64,000 nucleotides of DNA from assembly GCA_964523145.1 (NCBI GenBank), contig CAZFYB010000005.1:560-64559 (forward strand), written 5' to 3'. The translations under genes were made by a program, and so were the position numbers. Under the pieces are notes generated by a model, which searched no databases, was not told the DNA's origin, and saw only the letters and a program-made list of their open reading frames with translations. This stretch comes from an uncultured Candidatus Saccharibacteria bacterium. Lineage in GTDB: Bacteria; Patescibacteriota; Saccharimonadia; Saccharimonadales; Saccharimonadaceae. Within the stretch, counting starts at the first letter, position 1. Each line of letters starts with the position of its first letter. Positions 1 to 9,332 of this stretch are shown here, one piece after another.

Positions 1-578
1 CCGTCTCGAAATACCGTTACCTTTACGGTTGTGCCTACATCGCCACGAATTTTGGTCACAATTTCAGAGGTAGATTGGCCATCAATAGCTTCATCATTCA
101 CTGCCGTTAAAACGTCATTCACCTGCATTCCCTCTTTTTCAGCGGGGTTATCGCGTAAAACACGCACCACAGTTGGCAGGTTATTGCGAACACTGAGCTC
201 AATACCAATACCACCACCAATGTTACCCGACAGGCTGTCATCAAACTCAGTTGACTCTTGCTTGTCCATATACACCGTGTACTCATCGCCCAGCGCCTCT
301 ACAAGCCCTTTGTTGGCACCTTGAATAAGCTTAGCGGTATCGATGTCGCCGTCAAAGTTATTGCGTACCTCTTGGTAAGTTTGCTGAACGGTCGAGAGGT
401 CGAGCTCTTCTCGCCCTAACAGTGTTTGTACGCCGCCGAATACTTGGCTACTAATACCACCAGCGACAAACCCAATACCCGCAACAAGCACGAAAGCACT
501 GACCATAATTAAAGTTGGAACGCGGCCGTTAAGAGCGGTTCGTGCTGAGGCGCGAGAAAAGCGGTGTGGCGTAGCCAT
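1..578 (-). CDS. S41 family C-terminal processing peptidase (CtpA-like), N-terminal part; runs off window start
   Basis: Manual translation from ATG at 578 gives MATPHRFSR..., a hydrophobic segment, then a PDZ-like segment (GGIGIELSVRNNLPTVVRVLRDNPAEKEG...IVTKIRGDVGTTVKVTVFRD). Follows ftsEX-CHAP as in Firmicutes-type clusters. Not in the ORF track because it is truncated. Confidence 0.85.
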   Translation of the reverse strand, partial: MATPHRFSRASARTALNGRVPTLIMVSAFVLVAGIGFVAGGISSQVFGGVQTLLGREELDLSTVQQTYQEVRNNFDGDIDTAKLIQGANKGLVEALGDEYTVYMDKQESTEFDDSLSGNIGGGIGIELSVRNNLPTVVRVLRDNPAEKEGMQVNDVLTAVNDEAIDGQSTSEIVTKIRGDVGTTVKVTVFRD

Positions 579-638
579 AGAAATGAAGATCCCTCCAGAG
601 TATTCGTTAAATCTGTTCTTATTATATCGTACTGGTGC

Positions 639-1841
639 TTATTTAACGTAGATAAATTCGTCAAATGCGCTTGGTGACATTTCCATAAGGCTGTACATAC
701 CGTAACCTTGGCCATAGTCGTAGTTGTATTGGCTGACTTGTATAACGGTGCGACCTTGGCTGTTCACGTAAGGATTGGTTTCTACCCATACCACGTGGCC
801 GTATGGTTGGCCGGCTTTACCAGCGTGCATAACACCAAGTGAGTTGGCTCGAGCTTGACCACCAGTTGAATATCCAGCTGAACGAGCGTTACTTGGGAAG
901 TTCGTTGCATTACCCCATCGTGGGTACATACCGGTTTCTTTGGCCATTTTCCAGGCTGCGTAGCTGGCACATTGGCGGCAACCGTAGCCGTAACCATCGC
1001 CACCATTACCATCAGCACCACCAGTTGAGAGGTAACCCCACATTGGGCAGTTATTTGAGTTCCACTGGTATCCACCGACTGAACCGACAGCTATCAACGT
1101 TGCGCCACCGGTTGAATTAATTCGAGCGCGCAGTGCAGCTTGAATTGCTTTTGCCTCAGCAATTTGCGCAGCGCTATCTTTAATCATGTTTTGGTAGACA
1201 GCTTCATCATTTTGCGTTCGTGCAAGCAAGGTTGCTTGCTCAGCTTCTTTGGCTGCAAGTGCATCTCGTGCAACTTTTTGTTCAGAAAGTACTTTTTCTA
1301 CATCGGTCTTTTGGGTGGTCAGTTGAACTTTAAGGTCTTTCACTCGCTTGATAGTAGAGCTCAGTTCATCTTGTACCGCACTTCGGTATTCTTGCTTATT
1401 CAAGAATTCGCCAATGTTTTTACTACTTGCTAACATTTCAATTGGTGAAATTTCATCATCAACATAGATATCAGCAATAGTTGTACCTAACGCGTCTTGA
1501 TTTTCGGCAATTTGGCGTTCGGTTTCGGCAATTTCAATGACTAACTTGTCATACTGTGCTTGACTCAGGTTAACTTGCGCCTGTAAGGCGTTCTTTTCGT
1601 TATTTAATTGAGCCACTGCTACTGCGAGTGACGAAGCTTCGGCATTTAAGCGATCGGCCTCAGCTTGGTAACGTGACATATCAGCTTGAAGGGCGCGAAT
1701 ACGGTCATCGTATTGGTCAGCTGAAACTGGTCGGGTTACGTAGAACACAGCTGCTACTGCAATAGCGGCTATTAAAAAGAGAGCAATGCCCCATTTAGCA
1801 GTACGAGAGAGTGAAGCTGGTGTGGTGGATAACAGTTTCAT
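639..1841 (-). CDS. Coiled-coil + CHAP peptidoglycan hydrolase (PcsB/CwlO-like, probable FtsEX partner)
   Basis: N-terminal TM/signal segment, long heptad coiled coil, C-terminal CHAP with RQCASYAAW (Cys) and YGHVVWVE (His); downstream of ftsEX. Confidence 0.85.
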   Translation of the reverse strand: MKLLSTTPASLSRTAKWGIALFLIAAIAVAAVFYVTRPVSADQYDDRIRALQADMSRYQAEADRLNAEASSLAVAVAQLNNEKNALQAQVNLSQAQYDKLVIEIAETERQIAENQDALGTTIADIYVDDEISPIEMLASSKNIGEFLNKQEYRSAVQDELSSTIKRVKDLKVQLTTQKTDVEKVLSEQKVARDALAAKEAEQATLLARTQNDEAVYQNMIKDSAAQIAEAKAIQAALRARINSTGGATLIAVGSVGGYQWNSNNCPMWGYLSTGGADGNGGDGYGYGCRQCASYAAWKMAKETGMYPRWGNATNFPSNARSAGYSTGGQARANSLGVMHAGKAGQPYGHVVWVETNPYVNSQGRTVIQVSQYNYDYGQGYGMYSLMEMSPSAFDEFIYVK

Positions 1842-1906
1842 CGTTAGTCTAAATGTAGCATAAGCATAATATAGTTGTCAATTAGGTAAGATTGTTTATT
1901 TGCTCA

Positions 1907-3100
1907 TTAACGAGCGGCCCGAAAACCTACGTATTCGTTTGTGAAACCGGGCGAAATATTTAAAAGAAGCGTGTACACTCCCCCAAATCCAGCAGAATCC
2001 CAGGAGCCACCGCGCAAGAATGGGCGAAGCCCAGCATCGGTCGAGTTACTTTGTATTTGGCCTATATTCTGACTTGAGCTCCATCCGTTAGCACTGGGGT
2101 TTGCGTAAGAAGGAAATGGGTTTGGCGATAAGTTGCCTGTAGCCGAAAGAGTGTTCCAGTTACGCCACGAATACCCTGTAGCACCAGGCTGGTTGCCGCC
2201 TTCGGTTGTACCCTGTGTCCACTCATAGAGATTACCTGAAAAGTCCCAAATAACTTCTCCGTTAGTAAGCGTCAGAGTTCTTCGTTGCTCTCCGCTTGAA
2301 TTACCAGTGTAAACATATCCACTCGTGTCAAGCGGCGCAGCACCAAGGGGGTGCGTAGGACTATTATCAGTATGACCACGGAACATAGAGCCTGAACCTA
2401 CGCTCCCTCCGCTCCAGTTACTTCCTACACTCATAACATTCTGAGCGATAGTAAGCCACTCTGCTTCAGTAGTTAAGTGGCAGCCAGAACAAGAAGCGGC
2501 GGCAAGTGCAATAGCGCTAGACTGTGTAACAGAGGACCATGGCCAATCGTCAAGTACACTAGTAGCTACTCCGCCGACATTTTTCGCCTCATACTTCATC
2601 ACACAAAAAGCCTTCGTATCATAAAGTGAGCTACCGGGTACAACAATATAGCCTGCTGGGCAGGGCTCGCCATCAGCTGCTACTGTTGGAGCAGTTCCGG
2701 TATGACCAGCACAAGGGCCCGGTACCGCATTCTTCACGCTACTTGTCGTACCTGCAACATGGGCACTCGTTCCGCTTGATGTTGCTGTTAAGCAAAATGT
2801 ATTAGGAGTGACAGTGGTATTACGAGTATATTGATACGTTAAATCGCCGGAGTTTGTAATACCTGCATCGGCGAGTTCTTCGGGTAAGGTTTCGCTGTTC
2901 AAGAGTGCATGCGCAGTGATTTTCTTTCCCGTCTGTTGCGCATTAGATAAAGACGCTGAATCTTTGGCCCGGTTTTGGATGCCGTTATACGCCACGATAG
3001 TGATTGCTGCGAGAATCGCAATGACAACAACTACAATCAAGAGTTCAACGATAGTAAAGCCACGAACAGAAACGGTTTTACCTTCGTTGCCTCCCCTCAT
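1907..3100 (-). CDS. Type IV pilin-like protein with C-terminal FGE-sulfatase/C-type-lectin-fold domain
   Basis: Class III signal G|FTIVELLIVVVVIAILAAI; C-terminal FGE-type motifs FCVMKYEA, LTTEAEW, DFSGNLYEW, RGGSW, VGFRAAR. Confidence 0.85.
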   Translation of the reverse strand: MRGGNEGKTVSVRGFTIVELLIVVVVIAILAAITIVAYNGIQNRAKDSASLSNAQQTGKKITAHALLNSETLPEELADAGITNSGDLTYQYTRNTTVTPNTFCLTATSSGTSAHVAGTTSSVKNAVPGPCAGHTGTAPTVAADGEPCPAGYIVVPGSSLYDTKAFCVMKYEAKNVGGVATSVLDDWPWSSVTQSSAIALAAASCSGCHLTTEAEWLTIAQNVMSVGSNWSGGSVGSGSMFRGHTDNSPTHPLGAAPLDTSGYVYTGNSSGEQRRTLTLTNGEVIWDFSGNLYEWTQGTTEGGNQPGATGYSWRNWNTLSATGNLSPNPFPSYANPSANGWSSSQNIGQIQSNSTDAGLRPFLRGGSWDSAGFGGVYTLLLNISPGFTNEYVGFRAAR

Positions 3101-3156
3101 ATCTGTTTTACTCCATTAAATAATGTCTGCTCTTAGTCTACCATAAGCCCAATGGC

Positions 3157-4140
3157 TTATAACTTCAGGTAACGGCGGGTTGCCAGTAGTGATGAAACGA
3201 TGCCAATAACCGCTCCAATAATAATCATGCCAAGTAGTACAAACCCAGCGTAATACAGTACGAGGTCGAGCGTTGGTTGGATAGTTATTTCGGCGCTCGC
3301 AATAGCTGGTGCAACTAATATAAGAAGTCCGATACCAAGCGCGCTGGCAATTATTGCCGCAAAGAAGCCATATACGATCGCTTCAACCAAGAATGGGCCT
3401 CGAATAAATGAGCGTTCAGCACCAATAAGTTTCATCATCTGAATTTCTTCACGGCGGTTGAAGATTGCCATACGGATGGTGTTAAAAATAATCAACATCG
3501 AAATACTGGCAAATACCACGCTCACAATCACACCCACTTGCTGTGCAAAGGCAGCGGCGTTACCAATGGTTTCAATCGCATCTCGGCGCTCTCCTGCAAA
3601 CGATGGGTCGCGGTTTGGATCGATGAATTCTTTAATGACTTCATTATTTTCTACGACCTCAGCTAGTTGGGTTGTGTTATTGATTTCAACCACACTAATG
3701 TTTAATGTCCAGGGGAGCTTGTTAGTAGCTTGAGTTGCCGCTTCGAGTGCGCTAGGGTCACTACTTCGATCACGAATAAACTCTTCACGAGCTTCTTCTG
3801 GTGAAGTGGTTGTTACATTGGTAACACTACTAAGCTTTCGCACTTCGGCAGCGGCAAGCTCAGCATTCTCTGGAGTTGTTTCGGTTTTTAGGTAGATCGC
3901 CATCGTCACACTATCGCGCAGTTGCGATAGTGTGTTTTGCAATACATTCTGTGAAACCATACTTACGAAAATAACAAACAAGGTAATCGTCATAATGGCC
4001 GTAGCGGCAATCGTCAACCAAGCGTTACGGGTAAAGTTATTTACTCCGTATCGACACATGCGAAGAAAGGTCACCCACTGGCGGCGGTTTCGCTTTTGTT
4101 GCGATAATGTCTTTGAACTTACTTTCTTTTTTGCCATCAT
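3157..4140 (-). CDS. ftsX: Cell division permease FtsX
   Basis: 4-TM FtsX layout, IFNTIRMAIFNRREEIQMMKLIGA motif, coupled to ftsE. Confidence 0.93.
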   Translation of the reverse strand: MMAKKKVSSKTLSQQKRNRRQWVTFLRMCRYGVNNFTRNAWLTIAATAIMTITLFVIFVSMVSQNVLQNTLSQLRDSVTMAIYLKTETTPENAELAAAEVRKLSSVTNVTTTSPEEAREEFIRDRSSDPSALEAATQATNKLPWTLNISVVEINNTTQLAEVVENNEVIKEFIDPNRDPSFAGERRDAIETIGNAAAFAQQVGVIVSVVFASISMLIIFNTIRMAIFNRREEIQMMKLIGAERSFIRGPFLVEAIVYGFFAAIIASALGIGLLILVAPAIASAEITIQPTLDLVLYYAGFVLLGMIIIGAVIGIVSSLLATRRYLKL

Positions 4141-4823
4141 TACTGCCTGTAACTTCCCTCTGCTTGGTCACCGGTTACTTTACCGCCCTCAATCGTAATC
4201 ACTCGACGTTTGAGTTTATTGACAATATCAGCATTGTGAGTCGTCAGTAGTACGGTTGTTCCGTATTTGTTAATTTTTTCGAGCAAACGAACAATTTCCC
4301 AGGTGTTTTTTGGGTCAAGGTTACCAGTCGGCTCATCGGCAATCAGGATTTTAGGCTGACGCACAATCGCCCGAGCAATGGCTACGCGTTGACGTTCACC
4401 ACCCGAAAGTTGGCTGGGGAATTGTTTTTCTTTACCAGTAAGGCCGACAAGGTCGATCACTTTTGGCACGGTGTTTTTAATTTCACGGCCAGTCATACCA
4501 GCAATTTCGAGGGCAAAAGCAATGTTTTCAAACACGGTGCGTTGCGGCAACAGCTTAAAATCTTGAAACACCACGCCAATTTTACGGCGCAGCATAGGAA
4601 CTTGCGTATCTTTAAGTGTGTCGTAATCAATACCACCAACCACAATCTTGCCATTGGTTGGTTTTTCTTCGCGAGTCAGCAGCTTTAGAAGCGTTGACTT
4701 CCCTGCCCCAGAAGCACCAACAATAATCACGAATTCACGCGGTTCAATAAAAAGACTCAGCCGACTGAGAGCCGGCGCGTTATCTTTGCCGTATGTTTTT
4801 GTTACCCTATCTAGAAGTATCAT
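4140..4823 (-). CDS. ftsE: Cell division ATP-binding protein FtsE
   Basis: Walker A GASGAGKST, LRRKIGVVFQDFKLL, LSGGERQRVAIARA; adjacent to ftsX. Confidence 0.93.
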   Translation of the reverse strand: MILLDRVTKTYGKDNAPALSRLSLFIEPREFVIIVGASGAGKSTLLKLLTREEKPTNGKIVVGGIDYDTLKDTQVPMLRRKIGVVFQDFKLLPQRTVFENIAFALEIAGMTGREIKNTVPKVIDLVGLTGKEKQFPSQLSGGERQRVAIARAIVRQPKILIADEPTGNLDPKNTWEIVRLLEKINKYGTTVLLTTHNADIVNKLKRRVITIEGGKVTGDQAEGSYRQ

Positions 4824-4909
4824 TTCTGTACTAAGTATAGCATAAGCGTAGGTGCTGAAAATAGCATAAATACAGATATCAGGAGGTACAGAAACGTAAA
4901 TGTTGAGTT

Positions 4910-4946
4910 CCGAGAGGGCAACGCCTGGATTGGCGTGCCCTCTCGG
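4910..4946 (-). terminator. GC-rich hairpin ending the 4953-5501 gene
   Basis: ccgagagggc-a-acgcc / ggcgt-gccctctcgg inverted repeat with 6-nt loop, a few nt past the stop codon; U-tract weak. Confidence 0.6.
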
Positions 4947-4952
4947 GTGAAC

Positions 4953-5501
4953 TCACATAGAGGAGATGATGTCATCGATGGATTTCACGTTGAATGCCTT
5001 GCGAGCAGCCGCCAGTGAAACACCGACCATCCTGAGAACAGCTTCGACATGAGGGCTTTCGGAGTTGATAATCGCGACCAGCAGGTCTTTACGATACAAC
5101 ACCGGGTTCCTCGTCATCGCGCCAGGCGACAACATCAGGTTGATCATCATCTGATTGTAGGCCGGGGTGTTAGAAACAACGGGCTGTTCATCAACGATCT
5201 TCTTGCCCCACGCATCCTTTTTGGCGAAAAGGCGCTTGAACCATGAAGGTGTTGGGCGCTTCTCAAGGTTGAGCGTGATGTACTCCCGCACCATAGGTGC
5301 GCGCAGACCGATGTCGAGAAACCACTTAGTAGCAGTGTCGGCACCGGGGTTTTCAAGCATGGCGTACAAGTACACCACCGGTTCAAGCTGTGTAAGCTCA
5401 AACTCGTAAGTAGCGCTGTTGTTCGCGAGGGCAACCAGGTCGCCGATGTAGTTGGTGGGGAAATCATCGATGAACTGCCTCAAATCGGCGGAATCAGACA
5501 T
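4953..5501 (-). CDS. Hypothetical protein resembling a stand-alone Clp N-terminal (repeat) domain
   Basis: Start moved to ATG 5501 (purine-rich gagagagaag upstream). Two repeats with Clp_N-like pattern (LEPVVYLYAML...FLDIGL; YRKDLLVAII.SES..VEAVLRMVGVS). Confidence 0.5.
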   Translation of the reverse strand: MSDSADLRQFIDDFPTNYIGDLVALANNSATYEFELTQLEPVVYLYAMLENPGADTATKWFLDIGLRAPMVREYITLNLEKRPTPSWFKRLFAKKDAWGKKIVDEQPVVSNTPAYNQMMINLMLSPGAMTRNPVLYRKDLLVAIINSESPHVEAVLRMVGVSLAAARKAFNVKSIDDIISSM

Positions 5502-5637
5502 GAACACTTCTCTCTCTTGGGTGAGTTGGATTTCAGAATACTTATGTATCCCGTATCTACTGATATAGATTGTAAAGGTTCCCACCTCGCCACATAACCG
5601 TGGTGAAATCTGCTATATTATATCACACTTAAGCTAA

Positions 5638-6720
5638 TTAATCAATAGTTGGCGCTTCGAGGTAGGCTTCCATGAATGGATCAAGGTCGCCGTCAAGTAC
5701 CCCTTGCGCGTTATTGGTTTCATGCTTCGTACGGGTGTCTTTCACGAGTGTATACGGGTGGAGCACATAATTTCGAATTTGACTGCCCCAGTTAGCCGAC
5801 TCACCGGCTTGAAGTTCGGTAATTGAGCTGGCGTGCTGTTCGATTTGCAGCTGTGCTAACTTTGAGCGAAGTAACTTCAAGGCGGTTTCTTTATTTTGTA
5901 GCTGTGAACGTTCGTTTTGGATCGCAACTACGATACCAGTTGGAATATGGGTAATACGCACCGCACTATCAGTCGTATTTACAGACTGCCCGCCATGCCC
6001 ACCGGCGCGATATACGTCAATCTTTAGATCCTTATCATCTACCTGCACCTCAGTCGGAGCATCGATTTCAGGCAACACCTCAATCAGCGCAAAGCTTGTT
6101 TGGCGTAAGTTATCGCTATTAAAAGGGCTGAGGCGCACCAATCGGTGCACGCCATGTTCGGATTTTAGTTTTCCATACGCATACGGCCCGGTAACTTCAA
6201 TAACTACGGATTTTACCCCTGCTTCTTCACCGGCCGAACGTTCAATAATAGCGGTTGAGGCACCTGATTTTTCTGCCCAGCGTAGGTACATTCGTTCAAG
6301 CATTTCCGTCCAATCTTGGGCATCTGTACCACCAGCGCCCGCACTTAAACGTAAAATTGCATTATGATCATCGAATTCACCGTCAAACAATAAGTCTTTT
6401 CGGAGCACCGCAAAATCTTTTTCGAGTGCTAAAATCTGCCCTTCAAACTCCCCTAACAAACTATCATCATCAAGGTCCATAAGTTCAGTAATATCATTTA
6501 CCTGCGACCGCAGTGTTAACCATGGGTCGACCATTTTTTTCAGAGCCGCTAGTTGCTTGCTTAAATCTTGAGCATATGAAGGGTTGTTCCAAATTTCCGA
6601 AGTCGCCAGTTGCGCTTCGTACTCATCAATTTTTGCCTGCTTTTCAGGTAGATTCAATCGAGTAATGGCTGCTTCAAGTTGCGGGCGGAGTTCGGCAAGG
6701 CGTTTTAAGAGTGGTTGCAT
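5638..6720 (-). CDS. prfB: Peptide chain release factor 2
   Basis: SPF tripeptide (RLSPFNS) and GGQ motif; single uninterrupted ORF. Confidence 0.96.
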   Translation of the reverse strand: MQPLLKRLAELRPQLEAAITRLNLPEKQAKIDEYEAQLATSEIWNNPSYAQDLSKQLAALKKMVDPWLTLRSQVNDITELMDLDDDSLLGEFEGQILALEKDFAVLRKDLLFDGEFDDHNAILRLSAGAGGTDAQDWTEMLERMYLRWAEKSGASTAIIERSAGEEAGVKSVVIEVTGPYAYGKLKSEHGVHRLVRLSPFNSDNLRQTSFALIEVLPEIDAPTEVQVDDKDLKIDVYRAGGHGGQSVNTTDSAVRITHIPTGIVVAIQNERSQLQNKETALKLLRSKLAQLQIEQHASSITELQAGESANWGSQIRNYVLHPYTLVKDTRTKHETNNAQGVLDGDLDPFMEAYLEAPTID

Positions 6721-6732
6721 ACTACCAGTATA

Positions 6733-8016
6733 CTAGAGTGCGTTGACTGCGGCGATAAACTGTTCTCCGCGATCTGCGTAATTCTTAAATAATCCGAAGC
6801 TGGCGGCAGCAGGACTGAGGAGTACCACCCCACCTGGCTGGGCAAGTTCGGAAGCTCTTTTAGTAAACTTTTCTGCCGTAGCATTTTCAATAGTTTCAAA
6901 ATTCGTAAAACCGGCAGCTTGAAATGCGGCTGCGATAGTAGGTGCTTCATCACCAATAAGGATCGCTTTCACTTCATGGTTCGGAAGTTCAGCCGCTAGT
7001 TCTGTAAAATCTGAACCCTTTGAAGATCCGCCTAAAATTATCACCTTCGACTTATCAGCAAAAGCACGCAGCGCGGCAATGGCCGAGCTAGGTGTGGTAG
7101 CGATGCTATCATCGTAATATTCCACATCGTTCACTGTACGAACATACGCCAAACGGTGTGGCAATCCCTTAAAGCTACGAAGCCCCGCTTCGATATGTTC
7201 GGGGTTTTGAGTGTATTCCCATACAGCGTCAATGGCCGCAATGGCATTATCAAGGTTGTGCGCGCCCGGTAGTCGCACGGCATCTACCGAACATAGTTTC
7301 GTTTCACCATTGTAAAAATAACCGTCACGTATGTGTGTCGTAAAGTCGCTTGGGTAGGCAACTTTTTTTGCTACCGAACTGTCAGCAATTTGTTTAGCAT
7401 AATCGTTTGCGCCGTTATATATAAGGATGTCGTCTGGGGTTTGATGGCGGGTAATCTGCGCTTTTGCTTCAACATACTCGGCCATATCGCGATGAACATC
7501 TAAATGCTCCTGCTCAATAAACAATACGACAGCCGTGTGGGGCGATTTTTCGAGATCCCATAATTGAAAACTAGAAAGCTCGTACACAACCACATCTTCA
7601 GGTTTAATTTCAGATAATACATCTAGTGAAGATAACCCAATATTACCGACTAGCCATACTTTTTTACCGGCTGCTTGTAATATTGCTGCAATCAAGCTCG
7701 ATGTCGTCCCCTTCCCTTTTGAACCGGTCACGCCAATAATCGGCGCTGGGCACTGAACAAAAAATTCATTCGTAGCTGACCAAATTTTTCCATCGGTGCT
7801 AATTTTATGGGGCGCCAAACCGGCGGTTCGAATCACTAAATCAAAACCGTTCAATCGGCTAAAAGCACCCTCACCAGAGATAACTGCAGCGTCTGGCGGA
7901 AAAGCAAAGCCAGTACCATTTTCATCAATAATCGTGACTGAGTTTTCATGGTTTTTCGCCCAATACTGATAATTAGTCGCCCCTTCAACACCGTATCCAG
8001 CAATTGCTATATTCAT
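6733..8016 (-). CDS. murD: UDP-N-acetylmuramoyl-L-alanine--D-glutamate ligase
   Basis: GVTGSKGKGTT, GNIG, ELSSFQL, HLDVH, HRLAYV, DDSIAT, LLSPAAASFGLFKNYADRG. Confidence 0.95.
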   Translation of the reverse strand: MNIAIAGYGVEGATNYQYWAKNHENSVTIIDENGTGFAFPPDAAVISGEGAFSRLNGFDLVIRTAGLAPHKISTDGKIWSATNEFFVQCPAPIIGVTGSKGKGTTSSLIAAILQAAGKKVWLVGNIGLSSLDVLSEIKPEDVVVYELSSFQLWDLEKSPHTAVVLFIEQEHLDVHRDMAEYVEAKAQITRHQTPDDILIYNGANDYAKQIADSSVAKKVAYPSDFTTHIRDGYFYNGETKLCSVDAVRLPGAHNLDNAIAAIDAVWEYTQNPEHIEAGLRSFKGLPHRLAYVRTVNDVEYYDDSIATTPSSAIAALRAFADKSKVIILGGSSKGSDFTELAAELPNHEVKAILIGDEAPTIAAAFQAAGFTNFETIENATAEKFTKRASELAQPGGVVLLSPAAASFGLFKNYADRGEQFIAAVNAL

Positions 8017-8033
8017 AAGCTCATTATAGCGCG

Positions 8034-9323
8034 CTAGGGCGCAGCTTCAAACAGTGGCTGAATTTTGTCGTTTAGTTCAACGAGCGCTTCTTTATCACCA
8101 CTACTCACAGCTGCAAGTACCCAGGTGTTTGCTGCGATAAAATCATGCGCAACACTGACGATTTTTTCACGCGTCACTCGGCGCATCATGTCGGGCACTT
8201 TTTCATAATCTTTAATGAAATCATCGGCAAAATAGCGATTCGTGTAAAAACCACTAATCTGTGAGACCGTTTGCGCACCCATTTGGTAGCGGCCAAGGCC
8301 GAATGATTTAGCGGCTTCAATCTCTTCATCGGTGAGTTTGCCATCAAGCACCGCTTTAAGTTCTTTCGCAATAACGTCAAATAGTGCCGGTGCTGTATCG
8401 TGGTTTACTTGGCCGGAAATATCCCAGGCACTATCGTAAAATCCAGCTCCTGAGTAGGCACCAACGTAGTACGCCAGACCTTTTGCGCGAGCCTTGCCGT
8501 AAATACGCGAACTAGCAGTACCGGTCAGAATATGATTAAGAGTATGCATTGCATCGAGTTCTTCATCATTAAGAACTCGCGGTAAGCTCATCGTCCAACC
8601 AAATGTAAGGTTTGAAGCATCTTTTCGGCGGATGACGGTAGGGTTTGCACCGTGTAATTCATCGCGCGGTACTTCGAAGCGCTCCCCTTTTGGCAGTTCA
8701 AAACTTTCAAGTTGGCGGATTATGTCAGCTTTTCGGCCGCGTAGTTTCCCTGCAATCACAAACCGCATGTTGTTAGTGGTGTGGGTGCGTAGGTGGTGTT
8801 CACGGATATCCGCTAATGTCACATTCGCGATCGTAGCTAAGCCCTGCCGGAACGTTAATACATCCTCACCTAACAATTGCTGAACACGTGGCCACAAAAT
8901 ACGGTGGTGATCGTTTAGGTAATTTGTGAGCTCACTGCGCACATTCCCTTTTTCAGCTTCAAGTTCTTTTTGGTTAAAACGGGGTTCACAAATACTTAAT
9001 TTTTGCAGGTCAAGAATGCGATCCCATTCAAAGTCGGCGCAGTCAGCTTCATACACCATAGCTAAATCAGAGGTGTAGGCATTATGGTAAGCGCCGTTTT
9101 TGGTAAACTCTGCTTCAAAAGCATGCTCAGATTTGAACCGAGCATTGGCACCGAACGCCATGTGCTCCATAATATGCGCAACTTGCTCGATATCTTTACT
9201 TTTTGCGTAGCGATTCCCGGCCCTAAAGTGGAATTGCATACTCATAACGGTTGCACCAGGTACGTTAATCAACAGGCCACGAGCCCCGTTTTTAAGCTTT
9301 ACTTCTTCTACAGTATGATTCAT
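8034..9323 (-). CDS. M16 family zinc metallopeptidase
   Basis: Inverted zincin HIMEH motif, NAYTS, second half with GLAYYVGA. Confidence 0.88.
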   Translation of the reverse strand: MNHTVEEVKLKNGARGLLINVPGATVMSMQFHFRAGNRYAKSKDIEQVAHIMEHMAFGANARFKSEHAFEAEFTKNGAYHNAYTSDLAMVYEADCADFEWDRILDLQKLSICEPRFNQKELEAEKGNVRSELTNYLNDHHRILWPRVQQLLGEDVLTFRQGLATIANVTLADIREHHLRTHTTNNMRFVIAGKLRGRKADIIRQLESFELPKGERFEVPRDELHGANPTVIRRKDASNLTFGWTMSLPRVLNDEELDAMHTLNHILTGTASSRIYGKARAKGLAYYVGAYSGAGFYDSAWDISGQVNHDTAPALFDVIAKELKAVLDGKLTDEEIEAAKSFGLGRYQMGAQTVSQISGFYTNRYFADDFIKDYEKVPDMMRRVTREKIVSVAHDFIAANTWVLAAVSSGDKEALVELNDKIQPLFEAAP

Positions 9324-9332
9324 AAACTACAA

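Noticed and set aside
1860-1880. NrdR box upstream of the CHAP gene
   Set aside because: Only a partial match in AT-rich promoter DNA, no tandem second box, and an implausible target.
1850-2100. Complete DGR (template repeat, RT, downstream hairpin) at the FGE pilin
   Set aside because: No second copy of the variable-region-like segment and no RT in the window; the downstream sequence is the CHAP promoter, not a hairpin.
4900-4950. 16-aa ORF (MLSSERATPGLACPLG) after an AGGAGG on the plus strand
   Set aside because: SD-ATG spacing of 13 nt is long and the ORF is just the terminator hairpin read antisense.
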